Shown: one piece after another, positions 58,257 to 64,000 of the stretch
How positions within the stretch are numbered: position 1 is the first letter of the stretch
How the letters are laid out: every line of letters begins with the position of its first letter
Source of the DNA: Chloroflexota bacterium
Lineage (GTDB): Bacteria > Chloroflexota > Dehalococcoidia > Lucifugimonadales > Australimonadaceae
Assembly (NCBI GenBank): GCA_028874795.1
Contig: JAPPHT010000056.1
Span: 75,560 to 139,559 of the forward strand
Direction: 5' to 3'
DNA: 64,000 nt
Position numbers and translations under genes: made by a program
Notes under the pieces: model-generated
Database searches by the model: none
The model's input: only the letters and a program-made list of their open reading frames with translations
What the model was told of the DNA's origin: nothing

Positions 58257-58690
58257 GCCTGCTCCTGGATCAGCCGTCCGATAAGCGCCTTGCCCGCTTG
58301 GACAATCTCCTCGTCTTCCTTCGCGGTGCGTCCGCTCACCCCAAGGCCGCCGAGGATCGTGCCGTCCGGCGCCACAACCACCGCGCCACCCCCGCCGGTG
58401 AAGAGGTTGGGGTTGCCGAAGCCAGCAAGCCCGAGCGGTGACGCCTTGACCCGCTCCTCGAAGTCCATCGTGTCCGCCCGCATGCAGGCGGATGTATATG
58501 CCTTCTTCATGGCGTTCTGACGGGCGAGCGCCACGTTCACACCGGCCTGCGCCGCGAAGCAGATCAGCTCGCCGCGGTCGTCCGTCACCGCGATGGCGAT
58601 GGGGCGCCCGCCCATCTCGTCGGCCTTATGCAGCATCTCCGCGAGCGCCTCCCGCGACTCGGCAAGCCCGAGCGTCTTCCGGGTGCTCAC
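58253..58690 (-). CDS. GlcG/HbpS family heme-binding protein
   Basis: IAVTDDRGEL, A.KKAYTS, GG....GGLGVSG...EDE. Confidence 0.85.
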   Translation of the reverse strand: MSTRKTLGLAESREALAEMLHKADEMGGRPIAIAVTDDRGELICFAAQAGVNVALARQNAMKKAYTSACMRADTMDFEERVKASPLGLAGFGNPNLFTGGGGAVVVAPDGTILGGLGVSGRTAKEDEEIVQAGKALIGRLIQEQA

Positions 58691-59115
58691 GCGAGCCCCC
58701 CTTCCAACGCGGCGAGCGCGACGCGGGCGAGGCGCTCGTCCTGCTCGCGGTCGAACCCCTGGACGCCGACCGCCCCAACGACGGCCCCTTGCCCTGCCGC
58801 ACGCACGACAACACCCCCATGCGCAGCTCCAACGAACGCGTCGTCGAACTCCGCGGCGCTCATGCCGCGCTGAGCGCGCTCGGCGGAGAACGCCGTGAGG
58901 TCCGCGCCCACGCGGGACGCCGTGTACGCCTTGCGGATGGCGTGGCGCCGCTGGAAGATGGGCGTGCCGTCGGCGCGGGCGAACGCGACGAGGTCGCCGT
59001 TGTCGTCGACGACGGCGACGGCCACCGGCCCCGCGCCTTCGACGGACGCTGCCTCCATGGCGGCGTCCACGGCCCGCAGCGCGTCCTCCACGTCCATCAC
59101 CTGCCGGTCGTACAT
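58687..59115 (-). CDS. GlcG/HbpS family heme-binding protein
   Basis: VAVVDDNGDL.AFAR.DG, A.RKAYTA, GAVGVQG...QDE. Confidence 0.85.
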   Translation of the reverse strand: MYDRQVMDVEDALRAVDAAMEAASVEGAGPVAVAVVDDNGDLVAFARADGTPIFQRRHAIRKAYTASRVGADLTAFSAERAQRGMSAAEFDDAFVGAAHGGVVVRAAGQGAVVGAVGVQGFDREQDERLARVALAALEGGLA

Positions 59116-59166
59116 CGCTCCTCCACCGTTGCCTGCGCAAGTGTAGCCGAGGAACCGTTCAACGCA

Positions 59167-59194
59167 AGAGGAGCGTCCAAATGGACGCTCCTCT
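59167..59194 (-). terminator. Hairpin after tctC
   Basis: AGAGGAGCGTCCA-AA-TGGACGCTCCTCT. Confidence 0.7.
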
Positions 59195-59218
59195 CTTCGA
59201 GTCCGAGTTATCCGAGGC

Positions 59219-60508
59219 CTACTCAGGGAAGAGTCCGCGGATGATATCCAGCGTCTCGTCAGGCAGTCCCGCGAACGACTCCACCTGCGCCTGGTACTGG
59301 TCGCCGGTCCTCAGGCCAACGTCGTAGCGGCGGGACTTCATGTCCGCGATAAAGTCATCGCTAGACACAACCCGCTCGAACGCGGCCCGCATCTCGTTCA
59401 CGATATTGCCCGGAGTCTGCGCCGGCATGGCGTAGATGCGACTGGATGCCGCTGCCGCCATCAAAGCGTCGAAGGCATTCAGGTAGTCGTCGCCGGCGCT
59501 GAGACGCTCCTGCGCGATCTCTCTGATCGACTTGACCCACTCGTACTTGCCCTCTGCCTTGCCTGCCTTGATCCACTCCGGCTCCATGATCGTGTAGAAG
59601 AGCGGCGTCGCGTAGCCCTCAGCCCACTCGGGGTTCTGGGCAACTTGCGAGTCGCGGCAGGTGGGGGTTATGTCGATCTCGCGCCGGTTGAAGGCTGCGT
59701 CCATGTCGGACGTGCCCGTGTAGCCGAACACGCGCTCGAACGGGAAGCCGACCTGCACGGCCCACTCGGAGGAGGTCGCATACGTGTCCACCCGGCCGAT
59801 CTGGCCGAGGGTGTAGCTGCCCGCGAGGTATTCGTCCAGGTTGCCCGCAAGATCGGACCGGATGCACCAGGTCTGATCGCTGGGCGTGTAGTCCGGAGCG
59901 CCAAGGTAGACGAGGTCGTTCGCTGCGTCGAACTCGGATACCCCACCGAGGATGGACTGCTGGATGAGGGTGGAGATCACCACCACGATGTCCACCTGGT
60001 TGTCGCGGTAGTCCTTGTCGATAACGGAGCGCACGGCGACGAGGGTGTTGGCGCCGGGCTTGTTGCTCACGAAGACGTTGGGGTTGCCCCTGAGTTCGTC
60101 CGACAGGTGGTGCGCGAAGATGCGGGCGAACGTGTCGAATCCGCCGCCTGGCGCGTAACCGACGGTGATCTGCACCGTCTTGCCGGAGAAGTCCACCTGC
60201 TCCTCGACCGGGATCGGCGTCGGCGTCGGGCGCGGCCGCGGCGTGGGTGTCGGGGCCGCCGTCTCAGTCATCGCCTCGCCGGGCGTGGGCGTCGGGGCCG
60301 CCGTCTCGGCCATCGCCTCGCCAGGTGTGGGCGTCGGCTCCTCCATCATCGCCTCTGCCGGCGTCGGGGTCGGGGCGGCTTGCTGCGGGGCCGACGTGGG
60401 CGTGGGGTCCGGGTCGTCGCCTCCGCAGGCGATAGCGAGCATCGCCAGGATGGATGCCAGCGCGAACAGGCTGACGGCCTTCTTTGCTGATCTGAATGCG
60501 GTCCGCAT
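59219..60508 (-). CDS. tctC: TctC/Bug-like substrate-binding lipoprotein with Pro/Thr linker
   Basis: AIAC lipobox; VGYAPGGGFD..AR, NKPGA, GYTG. Confidence 0.85.
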   Translation of the reverse strand: MRTAFRSAKKAVSLFALASILAMLAIACGGDDPDPTPTSAPQQAAPTPTPAEAMMEEPTPTPGEAMAETAAPTPTPGEAMTETAAPTPTPRPRPTPTPIPVEEQVDFSGKTVQITVGYAPGGGFDTFARIFAHHLSDELRGNPNVFVSNKPGANTLVAVRSVIDKDYRDNQVDIVVVISTLIQQSILGGVSEFDAANDLVYLGAPDYTPSDQTWCIRSDLAGNLDEYLAGSYTLGQIGRVDTYATSSEWAVQVGFPFERVFGYTGTSDMDAAFNRREIDITPTCRDSQVAQNPEWAEGYATPLFYTIMEPEWIKAGKAEGKYEWVKSIREIAQERLSAGDDYLNAFDALMAAAASSRIYAMPAQTPGNIVNEMRAAFERVVSSDDFIADMKSRRYDVGLRTGDQYQAQVESFAGLPDETLDIIRGLFPE

Positions 60509-60553
60509 CTGTCCTCCTAGGAGCTTGGATCTCTATGGTCTGCGCCTGGGCGC

Positions 60554-60593
60554 GTTAGCAAAAAATGCTAACACGGCGGCATACTTCCGTCTA
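60554..60593 (-). promoter_or_regulatory. Internal tctC promoter TAGACG-17-TAGCAT with palindrome GTTAGCA-N5-TGCTAAC (60554-60572)
   Basis: Read directly. Confidence 0.55.
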
Positions 60594-60604
60594 CGCGCAA
60601 CCCT

Positions 60605-62815
60605 CTAACCGGAGAGCCGACCCCAGAACTGCGTGATCGTCTCCCTGCCCTTCAGGATGTCGGGGATGAAATCCCCCAGCACAGGGTCTATCCACGGGAT
60701 GTGGATGACTTCGTCGAAGAAGCCGTAGATGAGCGCGACGAAGACGATGAGCCATCCCAGGGCCGCCCACCAGCGAACGTGTCCGAAGAAGAAGAGGTAG
60801 AGGAAGACGTAGGCCGGGAGAGCGATCTGGAAGCCGATGAGCCAGATCGCCAGCACGAGTCCGAACGTGGTGCCGATGGCCTTGACCGTGCGCAGCATGA
60901 GGACGCGGCGGTCGTCGTCGGTTCGGGTCCTGCCGATGTCCATAATGCGTCCGGCGCCGGACGGGGGAGAGACGAGGTGGGACACCGCGTAGGCGCCTAC
61001 TAGAGCAAGCCCGACAACGGTGATGACACGAGGCAGGCGCGCCGCCTGGCTCGTCCACTCGAACGTCTGCCAGAACGTGAAGGCAAAGGCGAACGTCAAG
61101 AGAGCGATGAAGATGCCGCTGGGCGTTGGCCGCAGGAGGCTCAGCAAGGGCGGGCGGGACCTCGATGTTGCGGTCTCTGCCCGGGGCGGTTCCGGAGCGT
61201 CTTCACTCGCGCCGGCAGGCGGAGAAGGAGCGGTTTCGGCACGGGCTGCGAACTCCGCCTCCTGCCGCTGCATGGTGCGGTTCACGCTGCGCTGCATGCG
61301 CACCGTATAGGCAGCGGTGCCCACTGCGATGAGGATGATGATGATGACGGCAGGTCGCGTGAAGACGCCTTCGGTCGGGTTCGAGAAGTTCACCCAGTCA
61401 AACGCGCCGCTCGCGATGCCGTAGTACCGCTCGATGATGCCGCCGAGGATGACGGCGATGATGATGGGGGGACGCGGCCAACCGTACGATTTCATGAAAT
61501 AGCCGAGCGCGCCGAACGCCAGCATCACCACGAGGTCGTAGATCGATCGGTTCGCCTGGAATGCCGCGATCGTCATCACGGCGAGGATGATGGGAACGAG
61601 GATGTTGGGACGGACGAATGCGATGCGGGTGAGGACCGGCGTGAACCCGAGCGCAAGGCCCGTGGCGAAGACGTTCGCCATCACCAGCGAGAACGCTATC
61701 GTCATGGTGAGCGGCAACTGGCTGTTCAGCATATCCGGGCCCGGGCGCACGTCGAGGACGATGAGCAGACCGATGAAGAGCGCCATGCCCACTGAACCGG
61801 GCACGTTGAAGAACAGCGTGGGCACGAGCTGGCCGCCGTCCACGGCGTTGTTCGCCGACTCCGGCGCGATGACGCCTCTTATGTCCCCGGTCCCGAATGT
61901 CTCCGTCCCTCCGCGCACTGTCTGGCGCGCCGAGGCATACGACAGCCACTGCGCCAGCGAACCGCCGATGCCCGGCAGGAGCCCGACGAAGACGCCCATC
62001 GCAGCGGAGCGTATGACGAGCAGCCAGTTCCGCAGCACGGCAGCCATGCCCTCCCGACGCTGCGCGGACGCATCGAACTGAGCGGTCTGGGCGCGGCGCG
62101 CTATGGAGACGTCGCTGACGACCATGTCGAAGAACTCGGGGATGGCGAACAGCCCGATGACGACCGGGATGATGTGGATGCCGTCCCAGAGATAGTCCTG
62201 CCCGAACGTCAGTCGGTGCGCGCCCGTGGCGTCGTCGTATCCAACGCTGGCTATGAGCAGGCCGAACGCGCCCGCGATGAGGCCCCGCAGGAGCGCTCCG
62301 CTGCTGACGACGCCGACGACCGCGATGGCCACGAGGCCCAGCACGAAGAACTCCGCCGCGCTGAACGTATTGACGACAGGCCTCGCAACCGGAATGGTGA
62401 CAAAGAGGAATACCGCGCCGATGATGCCGCCCAGCAGCGACGCGAAATAGGCGGCGGAGAGTGCCACCCCCGCCCTGCCCTGCCGGGCGAGCGGGTTGCC
62501 GTCCAGGATCGTCGCCTGGCCTGATGTCGAGCCGGGCATCCCAAGCAGCACCGCCGGGAGCGTGTCGCCCGTTGGAACCGTCGCCACCATGCCGACGGCC
62601 AACGGAAGCGCGATGTACGGGTCGAGCCCGTACGCGAAGCCGAGCAGCACGATGAGGCTGGGCACGGCGCCGCCCGGCATCGCGCCGTTCAGCACACCCA
62701 CCACGACCCCCACGATGAGCGCGAGTATGGGCCTCCAGTTGGCGAGGCTGCTGAAGGCCTCCCCGCTCGCTTCGAACATCGCGGGGAAGCCTTCCAGGAT
62801 CGAGTCGATGAACAT
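60605..62815 (-). CDS. tctA: TctA-TctB fused permease
   Basis: Paralog of 43171-45288; GTGDIRGVIAPESANN. Confidence 0.88.
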   Translation of the reverse strand: MFIDSILEGFPAMFEASGEAFSSLANWRPILALIVGVVVGVLNGAMPGGAVPSLIVLLGFAYGLDPYIALPLAVGMVATVPTGDTLPAVLLGMPGSTSGQATILDGNPLARQGRAGVALSAAYFASLLGGIIGAVFLFVTIPVARPVVNTFSAAEFFVLGLVAIAVVGVVSSGALLRGLIAGAFGLLIASVGYDDATGAHRLTFGQDYLWDGIHIIPVVIGLFAIPEFFDMVVSDVSIARRAQTAQFDASAQRREGMAAVLRNWLLVIRSAAMGVFVGLLPGIGGSLAQWLSYASARQTVRGGTETFGTGDIRGVIAPESANNAVDGGQLVPTLFFNVPGSVGMALFIGLLIVLDVRPGPDMLNSQLPLTMTIAFSLVMANVFATGLALGFTPVLTRIAFVRPNILVPIILAVMTIAAFQANRSIYDLVVMLAFGALGYFMKSYGWPRPPIIIAVILGGIIERYYGIASGAFDWVNFSNPTEGVFTRPAVIIIILIAVGTAAYTVRMQRSVNRTMQRQEAEFAARAETAPSPPAGASEDAPEPPRAETATSRSRPPLLSLLRPTPSGIFIALLTFAFAFTFWQTFEWTSQAARLPRVITVVGLALVGAYAVSHLVSPPSGAGRIMDIGRTRTDDDRRVLMLRTVKAIGTTFGLVLAIWLIGFQIALPAYVFLYLFFFGHVRWWAALGWLIVFVALIYGFFDEVIHIPWIDPVLGDFIPDILKGRETITQFWGRLSG

Positions 62816-62821
62816 GCCGGG

Positions 62822-64000
62822 CTATGCTCGCTGCAGCCGCACTTCTTCGTAGCGGCGGTAGATCTCCAGTATCTGGTTCAGCGCGGGACTGTACCTGTCC
62901 ATGTTGTAGTGACGCAACTTGAACGTGGCGTCCTCACCCAGCACCGCGGTGACGTCTCCCTTCTCTTCAAGCGTTATCCGGTGGTCGCCCTTCTCGGAGA
63001 AAGTGGCGGGGGTGATCGGGCCCGGCCCGACGTTGACCGGAAGGTCGATGCGCTGGTTCTCGGCGGGGTCGCGGTACACGTTTATCGGGTCGCCGCCGTC
63101 CTGCACGATCTTCATCTGGTCCATCAGCAGCTTGCGGAACATGATGACGCCACGGTCGGAGACGCCGAGCCGCTCGTTCTCGCGGTCGGCTATCGCGCCC
63201 TGGCTCCACCACGCCGCCAGGTCCTGCGCGAGTACGTAGTCGGCGATGGGGCGCCCCGCGTCGTCGAACAGCGGGTGTTCGAAGTAGGGCACGTAGTCCT
63301 GCTCCGGGACCTCCACGTCCGGACCCGGGCAGTAGGCCATGTAGTCCAGGTGCAGCGTGTGCTCATCGTCCACCGGCACGCGTATCTGCAACTCGCTGCG
63401 GATCTTCCCTCCGAGGCGAACGAAATACGGGAACACCAGCGGATGGCCGATCGTCCAGTCCGGCGTGTCCTCTGCCTCGCCTTCGCGCAGGCGATGCTTC
63501 TGGATGCCGAACTGGTTCACCGTCCACTCCGTCTTCAGGTGGCGGAGCTTGAACGAGTCCGCATGCGCCTGGGTGATCCTGTCGTATTCGGGGTTGCCGG
63601 TGCCCCCGCTCCTGTCCAGAACGTGGTACTCGAACCAGTGGCCGTGCGTGTACTCGGTGTGCGACGTGTCGACGGAGTTCTCCATGCACTGGAGCCAGTT
63701 GGCGTTCAGCTCGACGGCGCCCACGTGCCGGAACGTGTTGTCCCAGACGAGCACGTCCCAGCGAGGGAGCAGCGGAACGGGCTCCGGGCCCAGGTAGGCG
63801 AATATCAGACCGCCCAGCTCCTGCACGGGGTACGACTTGATGCGCACCTTCTCGCTGAAGTGCGAGCCCTCAGGCTCCGTCGGCTGGTCGAGGCACTGCC
63901 CGTCCACGTCGTACAGCCAGCCGTGGTACATGCACCGCAGGCCTTCCCGCGTCGGGATGCCGATGGACAGGTCCACCCGGCGGTGCGCGCATCGCCGGTC
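62822..64000 (-). CDS. Rieske oxygenase alpha subunit; 5' end off the window
   Basis: CAHRR, CMYHGW, DTSHTEYTH; paralog of 17942-19186. Confidence 0.9.
   Translation of the reverse strand, partial: DRRCAHRRVDLSIGIPTREGLRCMYHGWLYDVDGQCLDQPTEPEGSHFSEKVRIKSYPVQELGGLIFAYLGPEPVPLLPRWDVLVWDNTFRHVGAVELNANWLQCMENSVDTSHTEYTHGHWFEYHVLDRSGGTGNPEYDRITQAHADSFKLRHLKTEWTVNQFGIQKHRLREGEAEDTPDWTIGHPLVFPYFVRLGGKIRSELQIRVPVDDEHTLHLDYMAYCPGPDVEVPEQDYVPYFEHPLFDDAGRPIADYVLAQDLAAWWSQGAIADRENERLGVSDRGVIMFRKLLMDQMKIVQDGGDPINVYRDPAENQRIDLPVNVGPGPITPATFSEKGDHRITLEEKGDVTAVLGEDATFKLRHYNMDRYSPALNQILEIYRRYEEVRLQRA

Overview
High-GC bacterial chromosomal window, most consistent with Chloroflexota/Dehalococcoidia (SAR202-like). 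This is inferred from Pro/Thr-linker lipoproteins, an LLM oxidoreductase, paralogous amidohydrolases, Rieske oxygenases and TctABC, and a GAAC-N4-GTTC box. It holds about 55 genes, mainly for catabolism and transport, plus trmD, nrdAB (two NrdR boxes), a malic enzyme, tRNA-Pro(TGG), three toxin-antitoxin loci and several short repeat families. Highlights: (1) a Cro-like HTH fused to myo-inositol-1-phosphate synthase, with a palindrome inside its own promoter; (2) a selenocysteine BCP/peroxiredoxin missed by the ORF track; (3) an mgtE-MFS-YihY operon whose last two proteins carry similar 22-residue helical repeat domains, bracketed by an inverted fragment of its own 3' end; (4) a dispersed promoter-like motif (TGTGACAC.CGCCCCTT, then a -10) at 8 or more sites, co-occurring with 10-bp-period ATGAG repeats, small coiled-coil/TM genes, TA loci and a terminase-small-subunit-like HTH; (5) a metal-ligand-less MBL-fold protein, an in-frame TAG in a lipoprotein, and REP-derived peptide repeats in an SOS-box radical SAM gene. 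All family calls come from motif recognition by eye; no database searches were run.
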